Translations under genes and position numbers: made by a program | Shown: one piece after another, positions 13,102 to 25,304 of the stretch | Position numbering within the stretch: position 1 is the first letter of the stretch | Layout of the letters: each line of letters starts with the position of its first letter | The notes under the pieces: generated by a model | Told to the model about the DNA's origin: nothing | Seen by the model: the letters and a program-made list of their open reading frames with translations, nothing else | The model's database searches: none | Origin: Asterias rubens | Taxonomy: Eukaryota | Reading direction: 5' to 3' | Assembly: GCF_902459465.1 (NCBI RefSeq) | Contig: NW_022985694.1 | Location: 310,001 to 373,852 of the forward strand | Length of the DNA stretch: 63,852 bases

Positions 13102-13988
13102 CAGTATAGTTAGTTTTATATAACACCCAAGCAGATCCTTGCCATTTGATTGGAAGATTGTCCGTCACGTGATAGCAAATAAAAGTACCATTGCACGCTG
13201 AGTCACTCACCGTGCTTTTTCGATCCATCCAAAAAGTACCATTGGACGCTGCCAGCGTGCAATGGTACTTTTCGGATGGAACGAAAAAGCTGAGTAAAAA
13301 CATCACTGCGGTAACGCAGCAAGGCATATTAGTAAAATTACTAGCATTCGTCTTCTACAATTAAAAATTGGAGGCCTACACTTTGTTTGTTTTGAAAGTT
13401 ACAATTAATGCAGTATTAATGATAATGATAGTAGAAAACACCCCTTGAAATATTTCCGTCCATAATGCCATATTTGATGAGAAAGAAAGAAAAGTAATTT
13501 TCCGATCGGACTTTATCACTCCGGTAGCGTTTTATTAATTTGTTGAATCAATTTCGTAGATACTGCCCTCACACGACAAATAGTAGCTATTTTTTTCACT
13601 CAATTGGGCACATGTAAATAATTCGCGAACGGTCGGTTTCTATGGTTCGCAGCAAACGTCGTTCTGAATGATGATAGATCTCGCCGCGCCCATAACACTT
13701 TAAAAACTTTTTTGAGCGCGCCAAATTAACCCACCGTTGCATACGAGGTTGTGTTGTGTACATACACGTAGTCTGGCTCCCACACCCCAAATCTTTGACC
13801 TATGTTTACATTAAAAGAGGTCAAGGAATATGTGGTCAGGGAACTAGACTATTTAAACTCATGCACCCATCGGTATACACAGTACACACACGCACGGCCC
13901 ATTGAAAACTCCATTTTGGTGCACACTCCATCCACACTCGGCGCGCCGGGGGACTACCGATGCGATCAACCAATATTTGTCAGCAACA

Positions 13989-14254
13989 ATGGATGATCGT
14001 ACCAAAAAAACAGGCCGTCCGAAACTCACAGAGAGTGCAAAAAAACGAGCAAAAGCAAAGTATAACAAAGAGCATAAAAAGACGCTATCTCTGCTTAACA
14101 CATCGATTAAGCTTCCAGTTTCCGTTATGCAGAGATGGCGTCGAACAGCAGTGGAAATGAAAATGTCGTTAGGTAGGTTGGCCACGTTTTTACTGGATAA
14201 ACACGTCGTCGGCCAACAACATGCACCGTCGAGGAGAAGAAGCAGCACCTCATC
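13989..14254 (+). pseudogene. Truncated N-terminus of a transposon-associated protein (basic NLS-like region + RW..L..FLLD helix), cut by a MITE
   Basis: MDDRTKKTGRPKLTESAKKRAKAKYNKEHKK...QRWRR...LATFLLD. The ORF runs into MITE sequence at ~14255. Confidence 0.45.
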
Positions 14255-14475
14255 TAATTTTGAGGTCTCAAAATCAAATTGGTGGAAAATTAATTCTTTC
14301 TCAAACACTGCGTTACTTCAGAGGGAGCCATTTCTCACAGTTTTTTATACTATCAACCTCTCACCATTACTCGAATACCAAGTAAGGTTTTATGATAATA
14401 AATATTTTGAGTAATTACCAATAGTGTCCACTGCCTTCAAATTACAGTACTGATTATGTTGCTAAATGTACATAC

Positions 14476-15734
14476 TGGATGTATAGAAAGGCAATTCCCA
14501 GGTGTATTTCTGCAACAAATACATTCCTCATCTGTTGGCATTGGTCGGCAATGTGTACAAGTACACCACTCTAGATCTTGAGCAGGCCGAGGTTGGGCTG
14601 GCTGCTCTGGCTGCTCATGTAAAATGTTGAAGATGAGACCTGGGCTTCTCTCTGCAGCTTGCAGCAGCAACTGCCTTACATCTTCAATTGACATATTTGC
14701 AATGTCCTCCTGCGTAATTAGAAATTGGCAATGTTTAACTTTGATTCCCTATCAATATTGTCAGACTAACCTTACATTGACGACAGTATACTAAAAAAAA
14801 AAAAAATCCTGGATTTTTGGCTACTGAATTTGGGCAGGTTTATGAGCTGTATACATGCAGTTCTTGCTGTAGGGTTGTCACTACCTACAGCATCCATCCA
14901 TTCATGTACATCTGTGTACACTGTACAAGAATCCCAGTATGTTGAATAAACACTTAGATGTGCATGGTTTGCTAGTAAAGGGGTCCAGGTAGTCTTGCGA
15001 CTACAAAATCATAAGTTTCAATAGAAATATACAATGTACATGTGGGTTTGTTTTACCTTCAAAATAAACTTGTGCATTTCAATTATCTGCGCTAGTTGTG
15101 TACCCACATTTCTTGCTAACAGTAATGGCTGATGTATTTTAACATTGGTATTTAATTATTTATTGGACAGATTTCACAATTGAATTGATTGTATTCAAGT
15201 CCAACAAGAGCTTTGGATTTTGTTTTTCTTATAGGTGTGAACATTATTTAATGTAACTCTACAGTTTGATTGACGAGGGATTTATCAACCATGGTAGAGC
15301 CAGAACGTTCTGTTTACATTTTTTTTTTAATCATAGGCCTTCCTGTGTTATCAATAATGGATGTGAAATTTACAATGTCAATTTTATTGCAGTTTGCATT
15401 TTAATAAAGTACGGCGTCAGTAAAAAGTTTATTTTTGCCCAACTTATGTACCACTACTAGTGATCTAATTTTAAATTGATGTTTACCCTTAATATGTGCT
15501 GCCTCTGTTCACGAAGAACAGTCACTGCCTGGGCTTGTGGCAGAGGTTGCAGTGCCGCAACCCTTCTGCCTCTAGTGCCCCTGGCTGCCCTTCCTCGCCC
15601 CTCTCTTGATGTGCCTTGCCCCCTTGTCCCCTTGCTGTGCCTTGTCCCCTTGCTCTTCTGCTTTGCCCCCTGCCTTGACCCCTTCCCCTGCCTTGCCCAC
15701 TTCTTCTGCCGTGCCCCCTTCCTCTGGTTGTAGT
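14476..15734 (-). pseudogene. P2RX7 C-terminal (ballast) cysteine-rich domain-like gene fragment; exons 15734-15487 (RG-rich) and 14709-14476
   Basis: WCTCTHCRPMPTDEECICCRNTPGNCLSIHP resembles the WCxCxxC...ExxCCRxxPGxC zinc-binding motif. GT-AG junction ...HILR/EDIANMS is in phase. Downstream exons are lost at the MITE. Confidence 0.7.
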
Positions 15735-16845
15735 CTGTAGATGAAAGACATATGACTTTTTATTGTTAATGATTAAAAAAGAAAACAATTCAGTTCAGTC
15801 TGAAAGCTTGCTGTCTATTTAAAAATAATGAAATAAAAGTATGTAACATCAAAAAGTATCATCAGAGAAAAAGTTTTGCATAAATAGCTTGAGATGATGT
15901 GAAGGCTTTCAAAGATGAGACTGCAACAATTACAATATGTTTACAATGCTGGACCTCGAACATAAATTTTTCGACTTCTTTTTGGTTCACTTGTTTATTG
16001 GATCAGTATAGAAAAGCAGAAGATTGGAATGAATAAATTATGGTCACTTCAATTCAAACATGCACACACGCACCCGCACATTCACAACGCGCACACAGCC
16101 CGTAATTAGTGATATATTATAACTTATTTTTGGCAAATTATTTTGATTTCTGAAATCTGTGTTTTGTTAGCCAATCTACACTCTGTAGGGCCATCGTATC
16201 CTTAGATTTGCCATATTCACGGTGCTTGAGTGTTGTAAGCATGGATAGATGTGATGAATTGCATCTCGTTCTTCCTATAGTAGATATGTGACAAAAAAAT
16301 TCAACATTGTTGAATATCAGTGTAACTAACATCATTGAAAAGGTCTTGGAGAGAACTTTACAATGACACAAAGATCTTTCTTCTAAGACATACAAGTAAT
16401 AAGTTACGCTTTTTTTAATGTCGGGAATTCGTTAAAAATCTTAGCGTATGTTTTAATTGAATAAATGAATCCGCTTTTGTTGATTTTTGCAGAAAAAAAA
16501 AAAAAATTGTTTTAACTTTTTTTTCATAACTTCCTCAATTGCAAAACTAATTGCAAGGCATTGATACCAGCAGAGAGCTTTTAGAAAGTACAGTTGACTG
16601 AAGTTTGTATTTATTGACTAATTAATTAGTCTAATTAATTAATTAATTAACTTAATTAATTAATTAATGTTTCCTTTTTTTTCAATTTTGAAAGTAAAAT
16701 CTGCCTAAATTCCCTTGTGTAGCATTTGAAAAAAAAATTAAAAAGAGGAAACCATTTAATTAACCATTCCATAATTGTAATGTTTGTGTATACTTCTACT
16801 TACAGGGTTAGGACAACCTGAGATCATCACAGATCAGGTCAACAC

Positions 16846-19644
16846 CTAACTGAAACTTGGACATTTCGTAGTCGACTGCATCCATGTGGCTTCATTGCTG
16901 CTCTCGTCCCAGTAAGCAACCACATACAAGTTGCTGTTCTTGCGCTTTAGTTTTTCCAGTCTGCCAGAATATACTGATTTCTCGTTGGAGAGACTGTCAA
17001 ACCACACATGGCAAATATCTCTCCCCACAGCCCCACCAGACAAAATATCAACCAGATCAGCTACTGTGCTCTTTTCCAGCTCTGGGAATTCCTTGTTGAC
17101 ATTATCTAGCTGAAGACCTTTCAGCTTAGCCTCGATTGCCTTTCTCTCCTTCTGTTCCCTTTTTTGTCTTTTCCCACTTGCTCTTCGAGACATCTCCTGC
17201 CTGATTTGAACCTGTCTTTCACGATTGTTGCCTCTCTTCTTCCTTGCAATGGCCACAGCCCAACCAACCACTTTCTCTCGACTCTTCCTCTCCATTTTGT
17301 CTAGGTATGGTACTACACGGTTTTTAGTCGCTCGCATTCTTGAAGAAAGATAACAGAGTGTAGCATTGGGTGACCGTTGCTTGGCAGCACTGAACATGCC
17401 CATTATCTCCTCTGCATCAATATTATGGCACCTAGCAGATTGAGTCTGTCTTCTGAGCTCTTCGGTCAGGTCCAGGTTGAAGTAGCGCTTGTACTGCCTC
17501 TCTAGAACCTCAATGACAGCAGTAGAACAAGCTGCAACCATGTTGGCAGACGATGGAAATTTCCTCAAGCTTATCAGCGTCGAATTAGTACCATCTAGGG
17601 GGCTTCCAAGAAAATCGTTCTCCCTTTCCAAGATACTCATGGGGTTTTCCTGGGTTTTCTTCAGTTCGATTACCACACTCCTCACAATATTGATGCCATC
17701 AATGTGGTCAATCTGGTTGTCTGATGCGATCCAGGGACCTGACAAAAGTTTATCCGAATAGCCCAAGGACCTGAAGTTCTTGCTTGGCAATTTCATTGTT
17801 GAAGTCATGTCGAATGCTGGCTTGAAGTCCCCCACATGATACTGAGCCTGTCGTTACAAATCTGAAGAAGATGTCATGATGTTCAAAAAACTTCCCGCAG
17901 ATGTGAAAAAGAATGTGGAGTCGGTTGCCACGGTAACGCGGTATGAGGCCCTTTGGGAGATGCTCATCTTCTAAGAATGTTGTAAACCCTTTAGGATCCC
18001 CTTTCCCATCTTTATAGCGAAGTTTGTTCATCTGGAGCACAATGTTGCCTGCCATACAGTCGTTGCCATATAGATGTCCTCTGCTGGTCTCTAAAGATTT
18101 CAGTGCTGATTTACATGAGCTTGCAATTGTGTCTAGGGGATGAAGGTGGCAGTTAAGTTCGTTTAGTGATTTGTCCCATGATTCGTTGATTTTTACGATA
18201 GAGGCATGATTAACAGCTACCCGATCTGTCATTGTGTTTGAAATGTTACCGATTATTTTGTTCCTAGAGTCTTGGTAGTTGGCATTATGAAAGCTTGAAT
18301 ATGTTGTTGCCGTGTTATCAACTGAATTGATAACATGCTGCGAGTAGTCATCAGCTGTACCGCCAGGTAGTTGGTCGATGGCTACTACTTGACAACTTGA
18401 GGTAGTGGTAAGATGGATGCTATTGATGTGTACCCCCTCTTGTGTGGTTGCATCAACCCCAAGTGTTAAGTTGTTAGTTACCATGGCAATTTCTGCTGCC
18501 TGAAGGTCGGAGATGACACCAAGCTCCCTTGCCATTTGTTCCACGGTGTTTCTATGAGGAAGATCCTTGAGTATGACTCCAGATCGCTGTGAAAATTTCT
18601 CTATGATGACTGGAATGTTTTTGGTTGGAACTTGATTAACAATGGCATCATAAACCATCATCCTTGTGTCTAAATTATATGTCTTCCCATCTCTCTTTGT
18701 AGATTTTTCTTCACTTCGAGTAGAAATTAACTGCTGATATGTTTCTTGTATTATTAGTTTGTCGTTCTCCAGATTCCTTATTGTTTCATCTCGATCTTTT
18801 ATTGTGCTGGCTAATCTAGTCTCATTTTCGTTATTGGGACGATGCTTAGGCTTGATATTCTTCATTCGTTGCTGACGTTTTTCAACCTTTTTATTTCTGT
18901 CTTGGGTTCTAAAAGCTGTTTTGCCAAACTGCTTTCACAAAGTGTTTGTCTTAACTGTGTTATTGTCGCTTCTTTTCTTCTTATTGTTTGGTGTAAGTGT
19001 TTAACCTTCCTTGGTGTTTTGTTCACCTTTAATCTTAACTCCTTTAAGTTTTCTCTGTATTTACTTTGCATAGCACATTTAGATTTCATAGCGAATTCCA
19101 ATCTTTTCTTGAGTTTCTTCTTTCTTGGAGTCAAAACACTATCCCTTAGTCGAGGAGATTGGTCGGATACAGGTGATGTACAAACATGTACTGACGGAGA
19201 AGGCATGGCGGAACTGGTAGATGGATCGTCATCATGTTCTGGGTCAGGGGAAGGTGTACTTAATTTTGGGATGGATGAAGATTGTGGGTTGGGTGGATCT
19301 GCAGCCGGGTCTTCACGATTGTAGAACACAGCTTTACAGATTTCTTCAAACTTTCTCCGTTCATTATCTTGAGTCATTTTTTTGAACTTGTTGAGGCTTC
19401 GGGAAACCAAACTATTGACCCGCGATAAATGTGCACATATACCAAACTTTGCTTTGATGCTATGAATTGTTTTGGTGGCAGAGCGTTCATTCTGAATATA
19501 GTTGAGCAATACATGTCCATTCTTTACTTTGCCATCATCAGGCACTGCACAAAAATTATGAGTCAAATATTGTCGAGCTATGCCAGGTTTTATTGGCAGG
19601 ACCGGAACCTTTTTCTTCTTTTGAGGCATGGCTAGAGATATCAA
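16846..19644 (-). pseudogene. Unclassified DDE transposase (CxxH class) in three frameshifted ORFs (19644-18862, 18865-17750, 17835-16846)
   Basis: Motifs LGVDATT (D), MTDRVA (D), NCHLH (CxxH), RYRGNRLH and HNIDAEE (E). A single-base loss in the A run near 18880 and a gain near 17752 restore one frame. Confidence 0.75.
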
Positions 19645-20094
19645 AGAAAGCAGATCAAAGAGATCAATTTAATTCTGCCAGGAAAAAGAGCCTTACTCCT
19701 GGCATCAGTTAAAAATAAAAATGTTAATGCAAATTTAAATGTCAAGTGTGAGTGTGTAGTAAATAAAGAAATGGAAATGTATTATTCAAATGATAAAAGT
19801 TAAATATGTGGAGTCCCATGTAGTTTTGTTACAGTGGTTTTTTTTAAGTGTTTATTTTATATGAAGTATGAACAATTAGGCCTATAGCATAGATCTACAA
19901 ATTACATGTATATATAGAGCAAGATTTGACACAAACTTGTCCCAGATGTTTGTTCTTTTTTTTTATTGACCCAATCCTTTGATCCAATGTATTACAGTTC
20001 AGGAAGTGACGCAAACTTGCGCTGGAAATGTGAAGGGTTTTTTTTTTTCAGAAAAAAAAATTACAATAAAGTAAACAAGTACGCTTACGCTGAG

Positions 20095-20200
20095 CGCACA
20101 CACTTAGCCAATCAGAGGGAAATATATAGGTCACTCGACCTGCATTGTGACGTCAAATAGCGCCATTAGCCAATCAAATGGCAGTATATACGTCACATGA
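20095..20200. promoter_or_regulatory. Putative promoter cluster upstream of the DDE gene
   Basis: Two AGCCAATCA CCAAT boxes, TGACGTCA (CRE) at 20148-20155 and TATATA-like motifs, ~500 bp upstream of the ORF. Confidence 0.35.
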
Positions 20201-20446
20201 TCTAACTGGCATTTTCTATCATAAGGCGAGCAAAAAAGGTAGTTGAAATCATCGATAAACATCCACTACATAAAACCATCATTTCATAAACAAAGTAATT
20301 AATAGTATACAAAAGTGTCTTAAATCTATTTTAAATGGCTTTTTATCAAGAATCGATGTCGTAAAAATAGTTTTCAAAGACCTCCAAAAAGATTAAGTTT
20401 CGCTGAATCGGGGCCATTTTGCTATAACACATGAACAATGGGGCGA

Positions 20447-20557
20447 CGACCGCGGTTTTTCCGGCTCATACAAAAATATTTTCTGTTCGTTCAATTTAGC
20501 TCGACCGCGGTTTTTCCGGCTCATACAAAAATATTTTCTGTTCGTTCAATTTAGCTC
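20447..20557 (+). repeat. ~55-bp direct tandem duplication (x2)
   Basis: CGACCGCGGTTTTTCCGGCTCATACAAAAATATTTTCTGTTCGTTCAATTTAGCT occurs twice. Confidence 0.9.
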
Positions 20558-21739
20558 AAACTTACAACAAATAAGTATGAATACATAAGCTATAAATAAG
20601 TTACATTTATAAAGATTTCAATAATTACCTTGGTGAAGGAAATTGACTAGTTTTGTGACCTCAAAGTTTGTAGACAAAAGAAATTCACTTCTCGAGCGCT
20701 CAGAGACAAAATCTCAAAACGAGGTAGATAAACACTTGGTAGATAATCGTGGTCTGGATGTTGCACGAGAGATCCAGTGGACTGACGGATGTTCCAGTCA
20801 GTACAAGTCAAGGACTCCCCTCATGGACATAGCCTACACCGGGTCAGACTTTGATGTTGAATCAGTGTAGAGGAATTACTTTGGTTCCAGGCATGGAAAA
20901 TATCCGTGCGACGGGGAAGGGGGTGTGGTTAAAAGTGCAATCACCAGAGCTGTTAAGGCAGAGGAAGGATGCATCATTCAGGATGCTGCCTCCTTTTACG
21001 AGTTTTGCCGTCAAAGACTCACAAAAGCAAGCACATGCATGGATATCGAAGGAAATTTCACTTGTAGTCACTCAAGAAGAGCATTCTTGTTTTTGGATAA
21101 ATCCGAAATCAACAGGGAGAGGCCACTACGGACAAATGTTGAAACGCTGCCTGGTACAAGGAAGATACACTCTGCTGTGGGCTTGGGTGAAGGCAAGGTC
21201 AATGTGAGAAGGCTGTCTTGCTTCTGCACTGAATGTGAAGACTCCTCTGGACGCAAGGCAAAATGTCTGAATTCAGCATACACAACTCCACGTGTGAAGA
21301 GGAAAATCAAGATGCTGAAAGGACCAGGCGACATCAAACGTGGTATGTTAACAATCGCTTAAGAACAAAAAAATTCATTTTTAAGTGAGAAAAAAATTAC
21401 TCGAACCCACAAATTCCTTCTTACGAGTACAGACATGTATCTTAACCACCCAACCCCAAGCTTGTAAAACATACTTACCTCATTGGTGAGAGTATCTTCA
21501 GCTGGATGTCACATTGTCAATTCCTTGTTACAAAAGCAAAAATCCACTTCATACTTAACTAATTTTTTTAACCTGTAATCAAACAAATTCTTTTTTTTTC
21601 AATCACAGCTAAAAAGCTTGACAAAAATGCTAAAAAGCTCAACAAAAAGGCTAAAAAGCTCCACAAAAAAGCTAAAAAGCTCAACACAAACGTCGCCAGA
21701 GATTGCCATACCAATGCAGAGCAAACAGGTAAGTTCAGT

Positions 21740-22173
21740 TGTCTAGGGTGAATAATTACATCCTCTTCTTTCCCAACTACACTGGCTTCCTGTCCGGCAA
21801 AGAATCATCTTTAAGATTGCTCTTCACATCTTCAAATGTCTTCACAACACAGCTCCCCAATACCTCAATCATTTCATCTGTCCATATGTACCTGGTCGTC
21901 CTGGTTTACGTTCCTGTTATGACGAAACATGGCTGTCAGTGTCTAGGTCCAGAAACTCCTTTTCCGACAAAGCCTTCTCAATCTCTGGTCCTAAGCTCTG
22001 GAACAATTTACCCCGGCACCTCCGAACACTTGACACGGTTGCGACTTTTAAAAAACATATAAAAACTCACCTGTTTCCAGTATGACCATTATTTATCTTT
22101 ATCTGCTTTGCTTGCTAGCGCCATGATCTAGATGGAATGGCGCTATATAAATCCCGCTATTATTATTATTATT
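21740..22173 (+). mobile_element. 5'-truncated L2/CR1-group LINE 3' end
   Basis: Translates to ...LHWLPVRQRIIFKI...AFSISGPKLWNNLP...FKKHIKTHLF*. The 3' UTR has a stem-loop (AGCGCCAT..ATGGCGCT) and a (TAT)n tail. Confidence 0.85.
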
Positions 22174-22366
22174 TTTCCCTGTTTTCTTTGGGGATTTGTT
22201 CGAAAATCCAAATGGTCATGTATTTCCTTTGTGGACCTTAATCAAGCCAGGTAGATGAAAGGCTGAAGCTGGAACAATTGCTATAGTTGGCAGAAATCCC
22301 TGTTACGTATGCAATTTGTTTTGACAGATTTTGAGGACCAGATGAACAGTACAGCATTCCAACTAA

Positions 22367-24359
22367 GGCGCCTTGTCAAAACGTCCAAGCTGTTCCCTTC
22401 CGCGTGCATTCTGCGGGAGTCCGCGGATTTTTGTAACAAAAGAACCCGTAGCAACCGGGCAGGTCCACGGCCACGACGGCTCATTTACGTGTCAATAAAC
22501 ATGAATATTCCGGCGGCTCTGTGGAGCGACCGGTCGGCTATTGTGAAGCCCAGCTTATTTAAATATCAATAAGCATGATCATACGGCGGCTCCGCGGACC
22601 GGCTGCCGGCGGAACCGCGGAGGAACCCAGGTGGTGAACAATGGCTTTACCTTTGCATGGCAAAAAGCAAACTAAGGGTGTGTAAAGCCATTTTCTCGGG
22701 ATTTTTAAGGCTTGGTTACATGACCGAAACATGTGAATTGTAGAAATGGTTTGTTTAGGCAGGTCTATGGACCACATTAATTATTTTGCTTTTGTTTCTC
22801 CTAGCCCATCTGGAAGTATTTGTTGTATTTTCATCTAATGTTGAAATGGCTGAATAAGTAATAATAATAAATAATCATAGTAATAATAATAATTTCCATA
22901 TTTTGGTGATTTAAGTTGCAAAAGCGGGCGTCAGAGTTATTAGCAGTGACAGAGGAGTGACCAAAATAGGATTACATAATTTTCAGCCATTAAATCGAAG
23001 GCTACTTGTTAGCTCCGGTTTATTTCCAAAGTTTTTGCATGATTTAGTGATTACGATGTTGTCCCACCAAGTTGCTGAAGTGATGGGCGTCAGAGTGGAG
23101 CAGTGACGGGGGACAATTTAACAGTTACGATAATCTTTTGCGGCGATCATGATTAGCAAATTCATGTACATGTACATGTATAGTTATCGTACGGGAAAAT
23201 GGGACGGGAATTTGTTTACGGGACATGGTTACAGGACGGGACAGACGGCACTATAGTTCTGGTGAAAACGTGCAACTCGCAAAAGAAAAGGGAACTGTGT
23301 AGCTGGATGTTTACGCTGATCTGACTCTGTTCTGTAAACATGATGTAACTATGTTCAGTCCCGGGGTCCTACATGTTCAGCTAGCTCTATAGCAAGGTCA
23401 AAACATCCTTTCTCTGTGACTACCACGCCGTTTCATAGTGTTTCGCTATAATAGAAAACCTGACTTCCCAAACAATGCATCATAGCCTCCCCCATACCCA
23501 TGTATCGATCACTGTATCAATGACCCATCCACAACGTATTATGCAAAACTACCGCTAAACTGCAGTTCATCCTAAATAAAATTTAAACTCCAAACAATAT
23601 TACATTATGGTCCAACGTGTGTAATGCACAAATGTTTTAATTCGGCCTCTGGCCGCGAAAACCTTTTATTGTGAATAAACCATTAAAATGATCGGAATTG
23701 GCAGCCAGTGCAAACTTGTTTTGACAAAATTAAACTTTTATTAACTAAGGTGGTAAATATTTTACATCGAATCAAACTTGTTTTTTTTTATAGTAAGGAA
23801 TTTATTTGGTGATGACGTACTCATAAAGTGATTAACATTTTGAGTTGTTTAGCCGGGACTCAACATATTGTGCCTTTTCAAAAATACAAGCCTCGTGAAT
23901 GCATGTTTGATGCCTGTTGAATGCCTCTGGAATGTTGAGGTTCAAAGTCGCCGATTTGGTTGACTATAATGTCTAAACATGTAGCTGGCGATTATCACGT
24001 GAGCAGGATGGTCGGCTGGCACTACCAACGTGCGTGGTGCAATGATCTTGTCGGTGCAGCCTGTCCGCTTCCAGGACGATGGTACTCACTAGTTGAAAAT
24101 GTACCATTCTGGGAGAGCACGGCCGGTCCGCGTCCAAGCCGCTGATATTCATGACCTGAAAATACAACTTGTTTATTCATGAGACTTATTGTTATACCAA
24201 CAATAGCGCCCGGCATGGATAGCTCATTAACTTCGCCGCGCTTCAACGCACATGGCCGTTCTTCCGCGGACTGTCCGAGGTCCTTAGCAACGGCGGTATT
24301 TGCTGTCCAGTCCGCAGACTATCAGCGGAGGAACGCCCGGGACGTTTTGACAAGGCGCC
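22367..24359. mobile_element. Non-autonomous Harbinger/Tourist-like element, ~2.0 kb
   Basis: TIR GGCGCCTTGTCAAAACGTCC at both ends; TAA TSD at 22364-22366 and 24360-24362. Removal restores the exon FQLTAAQVLQ. Confidence 0.88.
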
Positions 24360-25169
24360 TAACTGCAGCTCAGGTTCTGCAAAGCATTGAAGAGGGTCGT
24401 ACTGGTATGTGTTGTTCATCATCAATTTTGGTTTCAGTCTGCAAAAGTTTTTTTTTTTTCGAGTTTGTACTAGATGTTAGTACAGTAAACTTCCCTTGGG
24501 AGAATCGGTCCATATAATAGATTCTTGAAAAAGAAATAACTAAATTCGGCTGATTAACCCCTTTATGGTTCTTATAAATTTACTGTAGATTCCATTTGTC
24601 ACTGCACTAGATTTTCTTTCCCCAGATTTTGAAGTTCCACAGGTTGATGAGGAGCTGGCAGCCTCTGCAGCTGATATTCTAAAGAGTATACCGGAAGGAC
24701 AAGATGATCAACAGTTTCCTGTGAAAGTGGGTGATTGGTGTCTTGTCCAGTATGACAAAAGTGCTTATCCAGGGGTGATAGAAGACACACTGAATGGGGA
24801 AGTTAAGGTTTCTGTTATGGTGAGATGTGGTCCAGTCAGATGGAAGTGGCCAGATCCAAAAGACTCCTTGTGGTACACAAGAGAAGATGTCCTGAGAGGA
24901 ATACAGAGTCCCACTCTGGTATCTTCACGGGGCATTTTGAATTTAAGGAAAACTGGGGTTCAGAGCCCTAAGATGAATTGGTTGCGCAGGAATTACAGGG
25001 TGACAGTTGTTAAGACCTGCAATTTACTTGCACTGTGATTTAAACAAGCCTTGGTCAAGGTGTTCTTTGAAGGTATCTGCTTATGCGCTGGAGAGCACCT
25101 TGAACCAGACTAAAATTTGTTGTGGTGCAAACAAATCGCAGGTGGACTTGAGGCAGGCCTGAGAACCAG

Positions 25170-25256
25170 ACTGAAGTGAGCACCAAATTAGGGCCCAACA
25201 CCAAATTTGGTGATGGCAAAAAAATTTGGTGCTAGCACCAAATTTTGATATAACTG
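25170..25256. repeat. CACCAAATT subterminal repeat cluster, probable end of the Sola-like element
   Basis: About five CACCAAATT/AATTTGGTG copies in both orientations. Confidence 0.5.
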
Positions 25257-25304
25257 TCAACGACCGTCATTATCCGTCGAAGACAGTGCGGAAGGATTGT
25301 ACAC

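Larger units (their letters stand above)
20643..25038 (+). pseudogene. Sola(2)-like DDD transposase, 5'-truncated; exons ~20643-21342, 21609-21728, 22328-22366 + 24363-24404, 24626-25038
   Basis: Motifs WTDGCSSQYK, NYFGSRHGKYPCDGEGG and RRLSCFCTEC, with an in-frame TAG at 20868-20870. All junctions are phase-1 GT-AG. C-terminal GDWCLVQY..YPG...WKWPDPKD Tudor-like domain. Confidence 0.7.

Noticed and set aside
13859-14414. Full-length 149-170-aa ORFs
   Set aside because: They are chimeric read-throughs into MITE sequence or antisense frames; only 13989-14254 looks coding.
18862-18865. ATGA stop/start overlap suggesting operon-like translational coupling
   Set aside because: A single-base deletion in an A run explains it; adding one A gives a continuous LKKRQQRMKN.
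16100-20632. Possible TIR pair for the unclassified DDE element (GTAATTAGTGATATATT.. vs GTAATTATTGAAATCTT..)
   Set aside because: The similarity is weak and AT-rich and I found no TSD, so boundaries are not called.
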